The notes under the pieces were generated by a model. That model was not told where the DNA came from. It did not search any database and worked only from the letters and a program-made list of their open reading frames with translations. From contig CBDCWG010000012.1 in the NCBI GenBank assembly GCA_965223345.1, positions 1,632,001-1,696,000 of the forward strand: 64,000 nt of DNA, given 5' to 3'. The DNA comes from Nitrospinales bacterium (GTDB taxonomy: Bacteria; Nitrospinota; Nitrospinia; Nitrospinales; VA-1). The position numbers were made by a program, and so were the translations under genes. The stretch's first letter is position 1; each line of letters opens with the position of its first letter. Shown here piece by piece: positions 9,633 through 19,283 of this stretch.

Positions 9633-10481
9633 ATGGATATCAACCATCTGTTGGATGGAGACGACCAGCTCGCCACCCTTCCCGAGGTGTTTTACAAACT
9701 GAACGCGGCGATCGAAGACCCGGACTGCACGTTCGACGAGATCGGGGAGATCATCAGCGTGGACCCCGGCCTGACCGTGCGGCTGCTGCGCATCGTCAAC
9801 AGCGCGTTTTACGGTTTTTCCACCCAGGTCGAAACGGTGACGCACGCGTTGACGATCATCGGCACGGATCAGTTGACGCAGCTCGTGCTCGCGACCTCGG
9901 TGATGAACCAGTTTAAGGACATCCCCGCGGACCTGCTCGACATGGAATCGTTCTGGCAGCACAGCATCGCGGCGGGGCTGGCGGCGCGCACCCTGGCGGC
10001 GCTGAGCGGCGAATACAATGTCGAACGGTTTTTTGTGGCCGGGCTGCTGCACGACATCGGGCGGCTGATCCTGTGTGTGCGCGCTCCGGAGAAGACCGGC
10101 GAGATTCTCAAAGCTGGCGCGCAAAGCGAACGGCCGCTGTATGTGCTGGAGCAGGAGATCCTGGGATTCGATCACGCGGAGGTGGGCGGCAGACTGCTGC
10201 TCAGCTGGAACCTGCCGGAACGGCTGGCCGAATCGATCAAGTGGCACCACCAGCCCTCGAAGGCGCGCAACCACATCGAGGAGGCGGCTGTGGTCAACCT
10301 CGCCGACGGCATCTCTTATTCGATGGAAATCGGCGGCAGCGGCGAGACCTTTCTGCCTCCCCTCGACCCCAAATCCTGGGAGCACGTGGGGCTGCCGGAA
10401 AGCCTGTATCTGCCGATGGTCAAGGAGAAGGTGGACCTGCAGTTCGAAGATGTGGCGGGCATCCTGTTACAGCATGCCTGA
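9633..10481 (+). CDS. HDOD-domain protein
   Basis: LATLP, DPGLTVRLLRIVNSAFYG, FWQHS, GLLHDIG and DHAEVG motifs. Confidence 0.93.
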   Translation: MDINHLLDGDDQLATLPEVFYKLNAAIEDPDCTFDEIGEIISVDPGLTVRLLRIVNSAFYGFSTQVETVTHALTIIGTDQLTQLVLATSVMNQFKDIPADLLDMESFWQHSIAAGLAARTLAALSGEYNVERFFVAGLLHDIGRLILCVRAPEKTGEILKAGAQSERPLYVLEQEILGFDHAEVGGRLLLSWNLPERLAESIKWHHQPSKARNHIEEAAVVNLADGISYSMEIGGSGETFLPPLDPKSWEHVGLPESLYLPMVKEKVDLQFEDVAGILLQHA

Positions 10482-10589
10482 AGTGCGTTTTTTTCCTTTG
10501 CAACGATCCCTTTCTTTTCAGCGAGCGTCGGCCACGGCATCGAAAGCCTGCTTCCCGGTGCGACCGGGCGGAACATCCTGTTCCCGTTG

Positions 10590-10805
10590 TTATGAAAAAT
10601 CCTTGAGATCGTCCTCGTCGAGGAGGTTTTCGGCGACGCCTCGCTCGATGATCTGATCGGCGAGCTCTCCGTGACCTCCCGGATCGTAATCCTGCACGTT
10701 CTGTTCGTCGAAATCGTCGAAGTAAACCGAGCGTTCCCCCTCCACCCAGTTGCGGATGCGATCGCTGAACCGCAACACCTTCTGCACTGCTTCGAGTTTT
10801 TCCAT
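10590..10805 (-). CDS. Small acidic hypothetical protein, 71 aa
   Basis: MEKLEAVQK... with protein-like composition. ATG at 10805. Confidence 0.6.
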   Translation of the reverse strand: MEKLEAVQKVLRFSDRIRNWVEGERSVYFDDFDEQNVQDYDPGGHGELADQIIERGVAENLLDEDDLKDFS

Positions 10806-10893
10806 GATCGTTGTCGCTTCCGGGTGAAAGGATAAGGCGGCGTCCTCGCGCAACCCGGAGGTTGAAACCGCTTGCGGGTCGGGTTTAAACGGG

Positions 10894-11091
10894 TCAGTTG
10901 AGGGACAACACCGCGGCTTCCTTACCCAAACAATCCGCCAGCTGGGTGTAGAAATAATAGCCGGGAGCGATTTCCCGTTGCAGCCATCTGCGGTCGATTT
11001 GCATGCCGTCCCGAAGCCTGAGGACTTCCCGCAATGTCAGGGGGCGGGCCCGGTTCAGGAAGGAAAACGCCTCTGCGTGTGGTTTTTTCAT
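10894..11091 (-). CDS. Hypothetical protein, 65 aa
   Basis: The ORF is co-directional with the neighbouring small gene. No family recognised. Confidence 0.35.
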   Translation of the reverse strand: MKKPHAEAFSFLNRARPLTLREVLRLRDGMQIDRRWLQREIAPGYYFYTQLADCLGKEAAVLSLN

Positions 11092-11437
11092 GATGGTCAG
11101 GATGTAAAAGAAACACGTCTCGCTGAATCGTCATTTAGATTCAAAAGAGCGGGTAAAAGTTGTGGGAAAAGACGATTTTTTTTCGCTTGCTCATAAAATC
11201 CCAGCAAATTCATAGGATTAAGGCGATCTGCTGCGTCTTCGGGTGAGCGGCACCCCATTTTAGGGAGAGGGAGAGATGCCGGATCGGCAACTTGCCGTTT
11301 CCCGCTCATTCAGTGCTTTACCGGTGCGCTGGAGCGTGGATAATGAAAGCCTGTTCGTTTGCGGTCGAAGGCGTCGGCCGGTTGTGTTTGCCGTTCGTTC
11401 AACCCCATCGGAACCTCATCCAATAAGGGGCAGCCAC

Positions 11438-12718
11438 ATGTCGGGCCTGCAGATCGCCTCCGTTTTGCTGGGAATCTCCGCCCTGATCGGTTATCTCAAC
11501 GAGCGCTTCCTGAAAATGCCGGGCACCACCGGTCACTTTCTTTTGGGGATTCTTTTTTCTCTCGCGATCATTGTCTGCGAATTTTTTGCCCTTCTCCCCG
11601 TTCATTCCGAGCTCAGGGATATCATTCGCAGCGCCGATTTCAGCGAGGTCCTCATCGGCGGCATGCTCAGCGTGCTGCTTTTTGCAGGCGGCCTGCACAC
11701 CCGGCTCGACATTTTGCAGGAGCAAAAGAGAACGGTTTTCGCGCTGGCTTTTTTCTCCACGCTTTTGAATACCCTGGTTGTGGGAGGGGGACTGTACGGG
11801 TTGTCCCAGCTTTTGGGTTTTCCGTTCACCCTCCTGCAGGCGATGGTTTTCGGCGCGCTTATTTCACCCACCGATCCGTTGACGGCGCTTGCGGTGCTGA
11901 CGAAACTGGGCATTCCCAAGCGGCTGGAGACCATCCTCGTCGGGGAATCCTTGTTCAACGACGGCATCGGACTGGTGCTTTTCACGGTGCTTTCGTCGGC
12001 GGCTTTCAGTGGCGAACAGGTTTCCCTTCAGGAGGGACTTCTTCTTTTTGTCCGGGAAACCGCAGGAGGCCTGGTGATGGGTTTTCTGCTGGCGGGCGTC
12101 ACGCATTATCTGGTGAAAAGCAGTTCGGATCTGATCACGCACACGATCATCACCATTGCGGCGGTGATGGGCGGTTATGCGGCCAGCCTGGTCCTGCATG
12201 TTTCCGGTCCGGTTGCGATGGTGGTGTTCGGGCTCATCGCCGGAAATCACACATTCGAAACCCGAATGAACAGGAAGGAACGCCGGGACACGCATCTGTT
12301 CTGGACGATTCTCGACGACGTTCTTTCCGCGGTGCTGTTTGTCATGATCGGGTTGCAACTGGTTCGCATCCCCTACGGCCTGGACTTTCTCCTGACGGGC
12401 AGTCTTGCCATCGTGCTGGTGCTTGCCAGCCGTTACGTTTCGCTGGCGGGCGCTTTGAATCTGCTGTTCATCGAACGATGCTGCAGTCGCTCACAGTTTG
12501 GCATCGTGAATCTGCTGAGCTGGAGTGGACTGCGTGGCGGGCTTTCCATTGCGATGGCGTTCAACCTGCCCGTCGATGCCCCGGTCAAACCGCTGATCCT
12601 GGACATGACGTTTGCGGTGGTGGCTTTCTCCATTCTGGTGCAGGGGCTGACGATCCAAAGGTTTTTCCCCAAACACAAACTCGAGAAACTGTCCCGGCAG
12701 ATGGAATCGCAGACTTGA
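11438..12718 (+). CDS. nhaP: CPA1-family Na+/H+ antiporter (NhaP-like)
   Basis: About 12 TMs with FGALISPTDP, GESLFNDG and WSGLRGGLSIAMA motifs. Confidence 0.92.
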   Translation: MSGLQIASVLLGISALIGYLNERFLKMPGTTGHFLLGILFSLAIIVCEFFALLPVHSELRDIIRSADFSEVLIGGMLSVLLFAGGLHTRLDILQEQKRTVFALAFFSTLLNTLVVGGGLYGLSQLLGFPFTLLQAMVFGALISPTDPLTALAVLTKLGIPKRLETILVGESLFNDGIGLVLFTVLSSAAFSGEQVSLQEGLLLFVRETAGGLVMGFLLAGVTHYLVKSSSDLITHTIITIAAVMGGYAASLVLHVSGPVAMVVFGLIAGNHTFETRMNRKERRDTHLFWTILDDVLSAVLFVMIGLQLVRIPYGLDFLLTGSLAIVLVLASRYVSLAGALNLLFIERCCSRSQFGIVNLLSWSGLRGGLSIAMAFNLPVDAPVKPLILDMTFAVVAFSILVQGLTIQRFFPKHKLEKLSRQMESQT

Positions 12719-12762
12719 TTTCAGGCTGCGCTGCTCAAGCTCTTCGTGGTCTGACGGACACG

Positions 12763-14316
12763 TCAGGGTTTGTGGCCGTTGGCGCCTGTGAAATCGGCGT
12801 CGCTGGTGTCGGCGCCGGTGAGGTCCGCGCCGGTGAGGTTGGATTTGTCGAGTTTCGCTTCGCCGAGCTTGGCGTTTTTCAGGCGCGACCCGTTGAGGTC
12901 GGCGCCGCTGAGCCGGGAAAATTCCAGGTCGGCGCGGCTGAAATCGGTGCCGCTCAGATCGGCGCCGCTGAAATCCGCATGAGCGGCGCGGCAGCCCATC
13001 AATTCCGCGCCTTTGAGATTCGCGTCTTTGAGGTTGGCCTTTTCCAGATTGACCCCGACGAGATTGCAGTTTTCCAGGCAGGCCTTCTCCAGCACCGCCT
13101 CGGAAAGGTTCGCCCGGCTGAGGTCGGAACGGGACAGGTCGGCGCTGGAAAAATCCGCGCCGGTGAGGTCCGCACCGGAAAGATCGGCGTTTTGCAGCTG
13201 CACCTGCATGAGCTTGGCTTTTTTCAGGTTCGCTTTCGGCAGCCGGGCGCTGTTGAGGTTGGCTTCCTGCAGTTTGATCCGGCCCAGGTCCGCACCCCGC
13301 AGCGTGACGTCGGTCAGGTTGGCTCCGGTCATGTCGGCGATGTGCAGGTTGGCTTCGCTCAGGTTTGAGTTTTTAAACTGCGTGCGCCTTAAGATCGAAC
13401 CGTTGAGGTTGGCGCGGCTGAGATCCGCCTTGTTGAGCGTGGCCTCGGAAAGGTCGGCGTTGGTGAGGTCCGCCCGCGGCAGCGACGCGTCGGTGAAATC
13501 GACGCCCACAAGGCGCGCTCCCTTGACCTTGGCGCGGTTCATGATCGCGCGTTGAAAGTTGGCCTCGAAAAATACCGCCATGCTGAGTTTGGAATCGGTG
13601 AAATCCACATCGGTGAGGTCGGCGCCGTTGAACTTGGCGCGGCTGAGATCGGCTTCCACGATCTTGGCGCCCGGCAGCTTGGCGCGGGTGAACTCCGCGC
13701 GGGAGAAATCCACTTCGTTCAGGTTGCAGCCGGAAAGATCGGCCTTGATGAATTTCGACTGGCGCAGGTTGGCGCGCTCCAGATTCGCGCCCTTGAGGTT
13801 GGCCCCGTTCAGCACCGCTTCGATGAGGACGGCGTCCTCGAGTTTGGCCTCGGACAGGTCGGCATCGTTCATCACGCAGGCAACGAGATCGGCCTCCGAC
13901 AGGTCGGCTTTGCTGAGCCGGGCTTTTTCCAGCGTGGTGCCTGAAAGGTCGGCGCGCGTGAGGTTGGTTCCCTCGAGATTGGTTTCGCTCAGGTTGGCTT
14001 TGTAAAAGTTGAGATCGGAAAGGTCGAGCCCGGAAAGGTTCACGCCTTTCAGGGGCTGGAATTCTTCTTCCTCTTCTTCTTCGTCAGCTTCGCCGGTCTC
14101 GGCTTCCGTTTCTTCCTGGACTTCCTCCGTCTCAGCCGACTCGTCGGTGTCTTCGGACTCTGCGTTTTCCTCTTCTTCGACCTCTTCCTCGACGACGATC
14201 TCCTCGATGATTTCTTCTTCCTCGAAAATCTCCTCGGGTTCCGCTTCCTTGGCTTTCAATGCTTCCGCCAGCTGAGCGAGCAGGGATTCGACCTCCTCGC
14301 GTGTGAAATCTGCCAT
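12763..14316 (-). CDS. Long pentapeptide-repeat protein with a Glu-rich N-terminus
   Basis: More than 400 aa of continuous A(D/N)Lxx repeats. Confidence 0.95.
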   Translation of the reverse strand: MADFTREEVESLLAQLAEALKAKEAEPEEIFEEEEIIEEIVVEEEVEEEENAESEDTDESAETEEVQEETEAETGEADEEEEEEEFQPLKGVNLSGLDLSDLNFYKANLSETNLEGTNLTRADLSGTTLEKARLSKADLSEADLVACVMNDADLSEAKLEDAVLIEAVLNGANLKGANLERANLRQSKFIKADLSGCNLNEVDFSRAEFTRAKLPGAKIVEADLSRAKFNGADLTDVDFTDSKLSMAVFFEANFQRAIMNRAKVKGARLVGVDFTDASLPRADLTNADLSEATLNKADLSRANLNGSILRRTQFKNSNLSEANLHIADMTGANLTDVTLRGADLGRIKLQEANLNSARLPKANLKKAKLMQVQLQNADLSGADLTGADFSSADLSRSDLSRANLSEAVLEKACLENCNLVGVNLEKANLKDANLKGAELMGCRAAHADFSGADLSGTDFSRADLEFSRLSGADLNGSRLKNAKLGEAKLDKSNLTGADLTGADTSDADFTGANGHKP

Positions 14317-14523
14317 TGGCTTCAATTTCCTGAATGGGGTTCTGCAGCAAACAAGGGATTCCCTCCGGTTCGCTGCACGTGGGAAACCGCGGGGACACTT
14401 CGATCCTGCCGTGTGAAGACGCAGGTCAAGTTATAGCATAGAACAAAAATTATCTCACTTTTGCAAGTGGAGTTTGTCTTTTCAGGCAGCCTGTCCCCGG
14501 CCCGGTGTCCGCTTACGCTTTAC

Positions 14524-15297
14524 TCAGCGGCAGGAGTACATATTGCAGAACAGGGTGACGACTTTTCTCAACCGCGAGTCGAGATTTTCGTACACCTTGT
14601 CTTCGATCGATTCGGGGATGTCGCCGTAAAACGCCTGTGCGATGCCGCCGGTGATGCAGGCGATGGTGTCGCTGTCGCCGCCGATGGAGATCGCCTTGCG
14701 AATGGCGTCTTCAAAGTTTTCCGATTCCAGAAACGCGGTGATCGCAGGCGGCACCGTGCCCTGACAGGAGGGATCGTACTGGTAGCGCTCGCGGATCGCT
14801 TCCAGCGGTTCGTCCAGTTTGTAGCCGAAGGTTTCGCGGATGTAGTCGGCGATTTCGGTTTTGTTTTTTCCTGTGCGCGCCAGAAAGACCGCGGCGGCGG
14901 TGGCCTGAGCGCCGCGGATGCCTTCTTCGTGATTGTGCGTGACCTCGGCGCTTTTTCGGGCCATCTCTAAAACCTCATCGAGGCTGTCGTATGCAAATCC
15001 GATGGGACTGACGCGCATGGCCGCGCCGTTGCCCCAGCTGTTGTAGGCTTCCTTGTCGGCGCTCGAAGCCCAGCGGATGAACCCCGTGCCGTAGCCGGCG
15101 TTGGGATACAGGTTGTAATATTCTTTGAGTTTTTCCGTGTATTCGCTGCCGAATAAAATGCTGTCCGCCAGCGCCACTGTCAGCACCGTGTCGTCGGTGA
15201 ATTTGGAATCCTGGCTGAATAAAGGAAAAGAGGTGGTTTTGACATTGTTACTTTCATAGACGGAACCAATGATGTCCCCAGCAATCGCCCCAATCAT
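14524..15297 (-). CDS. ADP-ribosylglycohydrolase family protein (DraG/ARH-like)
   Basis: GAIAGDIIGS, FTDDT, NGAAMR and GGDSDT motifs. Confidence 0.93.
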   Translation of the reverse strand: MIGAIAGDIIGSVYESNNVKTTSFPLFSQDSKFTDDTVLTVALADSILFGSEYTEKLKEYYNLYPNAGYGTGFIRWASSADKEAYNSWGNGAAMRVSPIGFAYDSLDEVLEMARKSAEVTHNHEEGIRGAQATAAAVFLARTGKNKTEIADYIRETFGYKLDEPLEAIRERYQYDPSCQGTVPPAITAFLESENFEDAIRKAISIGGDSDTIACITGGIAQAFYGDIPESIEDKVYENLDSRLRKVVTLFCNMYSCR

Positions 15298-15658
15298 GAC
15301 TTCGTTCCCTGAAAATGGTTTAAAGATGGATGAGACTATTATACTGAGTCCGGCGTGGCTTCGCAGGCAGAAAAAAGCGGGGATCGGTATATTGAAATTT
15401 TTTGGGACAGGACGGAAGTGTGTTTAAATTTTATGTAATTATCGTTTTTTCCGGCTAATTGATTTTGCGGCCCGGGAGGGCGGTTTTCCCTGGCTTTGGG
15501 GCGGCTCATTTCGGAACGATCGGTATCTTCAATGCGGGAAACGGGGACCGGGATCGAGCTTTGTGTGGGTGGAGAGAGAGTCGGGGTGGATTCGAATTTC
15601 CCGCAGGCAGGCATGGGAACTCGCGTGCGTTTTTGTCCGCACGCGTTTCAGCAAATCC

Positions 15659-15949
15659 TCATTCGCTTTTCTTGATGAAGCCCACGAAGGCGATGAGCGC
15701 CATGACCACGCCCAGCGCGCCATATGCGAACACACCCCCGGAGGTTCCCGCCAGTTTCTTCATGAAATAAACCCGGTTGAGCACAAACGCCCAGTAATAG
15801 AAAAAACCATAGGAAGCCAGCAGGCCTATTTTGTGTTTTCCCAGCAGCAGAAACACGGAGCAGACAAGAGCGAACAATCCCACCTGCCCCATAGGGATGC
15901 TGAATGTCATGTCTGATAAAAATCCGAAACTTTGATTCACAGATTTCAT
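15659..15949 (-). CDS. Small membrane protein with about 3 TMs
   Basis: AAGGTGGGG RBS and three hydrophobic segments. Confidence 0.65.
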   Translation of the reverse strand: MKSVNQSFGFLSDMTFSIPMGQVGLFALVCSVFLLLGKHKIGLLASYGFFYYWAFVLNRVYFMKKLAGTSGGVFAYGALGVVMALIAFVGFIKKSE

Positions 15950-16355
15950 GACCCCACCTTTGATCGGTTTGCAAGTATTATCGGAAGTGCGGCCGGCCGG
16001 GCCGCTTCTGAAATCTATTAATACTTTATTTTACAGTATTTTAATCGAATTTTGTGAAAAATCGGCGCGGCGAACGGGAGGACGGCTGAGCGCGGAGAAA
16101 GCGATTTTTCGCATTGCGCGATTTTTGAGCAAAATAATCGGTTTTTCAACGGCTTTGATCAAAGAAGCGTGGGGCTGAATCCGGGTTTTGACGGTCTTCG
16201 GGTCAGAATTTCGTGAAAATGCCTCATTTTCGCGCAGAAAAGCGGCGTCCCCGGTGGGTGCAGATCGGGCCGATGCTGAATTCAAAGGGTTTTTGAGCTT
16301 TTTGCGCGGCTGGTATGGAACTTGTAGATGAGAGGGGTTTTCGGGCCTCATCCCG

Positions 16356-16581
16356 CATCGCCAACCAGAGCCTGCTCGGCCTGGCGCTGTTCCTGCCGCA
16401 CGGGGCGGAGATCTCCGTCGCGGGGTTCGTGCACAACCAGATCTACGTCACTGCCGGAAACATCGTGGGCGGCGGCCTCATGGTGGGCCTTGTCTACTGG
16501 TTCGCCGGCGCGGATTGCGGAAGCCACACCGCCGACGCCAAACTGAATGACCTGAAACCGGTGAAAGATGCGGAGGGGTGA
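16356..16581 (+). pseudogene. 3' remnant of a formate/nitrite transporter (FNT; NirC/FocA family)
   Basis: IANQ...FVHNQIYVTAGNIVGGGLMVGLVYW matches the FNT C-terminal signature (HxIAN...N...VTLGNIxGG...YW). The N-terminal ~200 aa are absent. Confidence 0.75.
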
Positions 16582-16653
16582 AAAACAGGATTTTGAATTC
16601 GGAGTCGGACTACTTTGGGGGTATTGACTGAGTGCATTCGAAATGATTTGATT

Positions 16654-17241
16654 TCATACCGTCGTTTTAACCGCAATCTTGTTTTGCGCTTTGGTTTTTT
16701 CCAGCAATTTTTCCCATTCGTTTTTCAAGTTAGCGATCATTTCTGAGCCGAGTTTCAATCGTTCTCGATTTTCCTCTAAAAATTGAAACGTTTCTTGCAT
16801 GGATTCGGTATTTTGTAAAGTGACGTAACATGAAAGTTTGTTCGCGTATTCATCTGCATAAGATTCTCGCTTACTTTTTCCTATTCCATGGGCCCTAACC
16901 TTTTCGACGTGATGCCCGATTTCGTGATAGAGCACGTTAGCGAAATCGATTTCAATGACCGGAAACATAATTTTTAAGGCTTTTGGATTCACTTTCTCGA
17001 AGATATTTTTTATATAAAGTTCGATGCGCGCGGGTCGATTGTTCCACTTGCAAAAATAGGCACCCAAGGCTCCTTCCTCACGGGAATTTTTATTCTCTGG
17101 AATATCCGTGACGAGGATGTGGGATAATTGAAGCAGGTCCGCATCGGGAACATGTTTTAAAAGCTTCTCTATAGAAGCTTTTATGTTTATTCCCAGCCTC
17201 TTGATTTCCGCTTTGCCTTTATCACTGATGATGATTTTCAT
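16654..17241 (-). CDS. AT-rich putative zinc metallopeptidase (HExxH)
   Basis: GAGGAA RBS and VLYHEIGHH...ESYAD. Visibly AT-rich relative to the flanks. Confidence 0.7.
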   Translation of the reverse strand: MKIIISDKGKAEIKRLGINIKASIEKLLKHVPDADLLQLSHILVTDIPENKNSREEGALGAYFCKWNNRPARIELYIKNIFEKVNPKALKIMFPVIEIDFANVLYHEIGHHVEKVRAHGIGKSKRESYADEYANKLSCYVTLQNTESMQETFQFLEENRERLKLGSEMIANLKNEWEKLLEKTKAQNKIAVKTTV

Positions 17242-17460
17242 TTGTTCCTCTGCATAAATATTTATCTGTTTGTAGAGCAACCTGCATGCCAAATCAGAAG
17301 GGCTGAAAAACCGCGGGTTGTGAAAGAGGTATGGGGTCAGCATATAAAAATGTATGACATTTTGGACTACTTTCCCCTTTTCGTAAGACTTCTGGTAGCC
17401 TGCTTTTCTTTCGTGCTAATCTGATTCCCGACCTATATGAAATTTCTGGAGTTTTTGGCG

Positions 17461-17604
17461 ATGCTCTTGGAAGACGAGCTGGGAGATATTCTGGAGAAGG
17501 CGCGGCACGGCAAGGGTTTTTCCCAGCGGGATCTGGCGTGCGCGTCAGGGGTGGGGGAGGAGAAGCGCCACAACCCGTTTTTCTTCGGCAAGGTGTCCGC
17601 CTGA
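17461..17604 (+). pseudogene. 47-aa internally deleted HTH + MBL-fold hydrolase remnant
   Basis: MLLEDELGDILEKARHGKGFSQRDLACASG (HTH-like start) is joined in frame to VGEEKRHNPFF (glyoxalase-II/MBL C-terminal motif). Confidence 0.65.
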
Positions 17605-17695
17605 TTTCCGGCGTAGTTCCTGAATTCCCGGCGCTTGTTTTGTGCTATGATTTGATAGCGCTTGCGGTTCGATTCCGAGGGGTTATATTGGCGGC

Positions 17696-19267
17696 ATGGA
17701 CCCGGAAAAAGTCAATTATCATTACTGCGAAAACCTCCCCACGAAGCCCCTGAAGCCGGGCACGCGGGTTCTGGTGACGGGTGCGAACGGTTACGTGGCG
17801 CACCGTCTGATCCCGGAGCTCGTCGAACGCGGCTACACGGTGCGCTGCATGTTCCGCAACCGCAACATCCATCCTTTGCTCAAGCATCTGCGCATCGAAA
17901 ATGTGTTCGCCGATTGCCTGCACCGCGAGGAGCTGGTTCCCGCGCTGCAGGGGGTCGAGTACGCGTACTACCTCATCCACAGCATGCGCGCCAGCAAGAG
18001 CGAGTTTGTGGACCGCGACAAACGCGCGGCGTCGAATTTCATCCGCGCGGCGGAAGAGGCGGGCGTCAAGCGCATTCTTTATCTGGGTGGACTGGGCGAA
18101 ACCAACGAACGGTTGTCGCCGCATCTGAAAAGCCGCATGGAAGTGGGGGGGATCCTGTCCAGCGGCAGCGTTCCGGTGATCCGGCTGCGCGCGGCCATCA
18201 TCATCGGCACCGGCAGCGCGTCCTACGAGCTGCTCAAATCGTTGGTCACCCACAACCGTCTGATTCCGTTCCTGCCGGAGTTCGATTCCAAGTGCCAGCC
18301 GATCGCCATCCGCGATGTGATCAAATACCTAGTGGGTGTTCTGGAAACGCCCGGCCTGACCACGCGGGCCTATCACATCGGCTGCGGCGATGTGTTGTCC
18401 TACACGCAGCTGATCCGCCGCGTCGCCAAGATGCTCGGCCAGCGTGTGCGCCTGTTCAACGTGTCGTGGGTGCCGCTGCCGACGAATGTGATGTGCCGGT
18501 TGTACGCCTACTGGCTGCACCTGTTCAATTCGGTGCCGGTGAACATCGCGTCGCTGTTGCTGTCGAGCCTCAAGACCGATGTGGTGTGCACGGAAAACGA
18601 CATCCGCACCCTCCTGCCTTTCGAGACGCTGAATTTCAATGCGGCGGTCGAACGGGCGCAGCGCAAGGAAGCACAGTCCCGGGTGTACTCGCACTGGAGC
18701 GATGTGCCGCCCGAAGAGATGAGCGAGTTGCTGCCGCTGTGCGAGTACAACTCCTCGGAGTTCATGATCGATGAGCACTTCACGGACATTGCGGTGAAAC
18801 CGGAGGTGCTGTTTCCCGTGGTCTGCCGGATCGGCGGCAAACACGGCTGGGTGCACGCCAACATCCTCTGGGAGATCCGCGGCACCATCGACCGGATTCT
18901 CGGCGGGGTGGGTCTGTCGCGCGGCCGGCGTGACGACAACCAGCTTCGGGTCGGGGACTCGGTGGATTTCTGGCGCGTGGAAAAGCTCGTTCCCAATAAA
19001 GAGCTGTTGCTGCGCGCGGAGATGAAATCGCCGGGACTCTCTTGGCTGCAGTTCGTACTCGATCCCGTCAACCACGGCGCCACCCGTTTGACCTTACGGG
19101 CGCATTTCATCCCGCAGCCGTTCTGGGGCAATGTCTACTGGATGGCGATGGGGAAATTCCACAACTACATTTTCAAGGGCATGCTGGAGTATTTCGAAAA
19201 AGAGTCGGCCAACGCGCGCGATTCGCTGGAAGAAACGCCTGCCTACCGCATGCCGGTGGTGAAGTGA
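17696..19267 (+). CDS. Atypical SDR NAD(P)-binding oxidoreductase with a C-terminal DUF2867 (YbjT-like)
   Basis: VLVTGANGYV, YYLIHSM, GTGSASYE, and C-terminal RIGG..GW...DFWRVE...LLLRAEM. Confidence 0.9.
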   Translation: MDPEKVNYHYCENLPTKPLKPGTRVLVTGANGYVAHRLIPELVERGYTVRCMFRNRNIHPLLKHLRIENVFADCLHREELVPALQGVEYAYYLIHSMRASKSEFVDRDKRAASNFIRAAEEAGVKRILYLGGLGETNERLSPHLKSRMEVGGILSSGSVPVIRLRAAIIIGTGSASYELLKSLVTHNRLIPFLPEFDSKCQPIAIRDVIKYLVGVLETPGLTTRAYHIGCGDVLSYTQLIRRVAKMLGQRVRLFNVSWVPLPTNVMCRLYAYWLHLFNSVPVNIASLLLSSLKTDVVCTENDIRTLLPFETLNFNAAVERAQRKEAQSRVYSHWSDVPPEEMSELLPLCEYNSSEFMIDEHFTDIAVKPEVLFPVVCRIGGKHGWVHANILWEIRGTIDRILGGVGLSRGRRDDNQLRVGDSVDFWRVEKLVPNKELLLRAEMKSPGLSWLQFVLDPVNHGATRLTLRAHFIPQPFWGNVYWMAMGKFHNYIFKGMLEYFEKESANARDSLEETPAYRMPVVK

Positions 19268-19283
19268 CGGGACGGCGGACCGC

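Noticed and set aside
11359..13368. 669-aa plus-strand ORF and other long shadow ORFs (28367-30046, 37048-38406, 48243-49955, 59623-61440)
   Set aside because: These are off-frame or antisense to well-supported genes, as expected from GC3-rich codon bias, and show no motifs.
12780..14050. Strong 15-bp periodicity (e.g. AGGTCGGCGC repeats) resembling a DNA repeat array or CRISPR
   Set aside because: Fully explained by the pentapeptide protein. There is no constant repeat with unique spacers and no cas gene.
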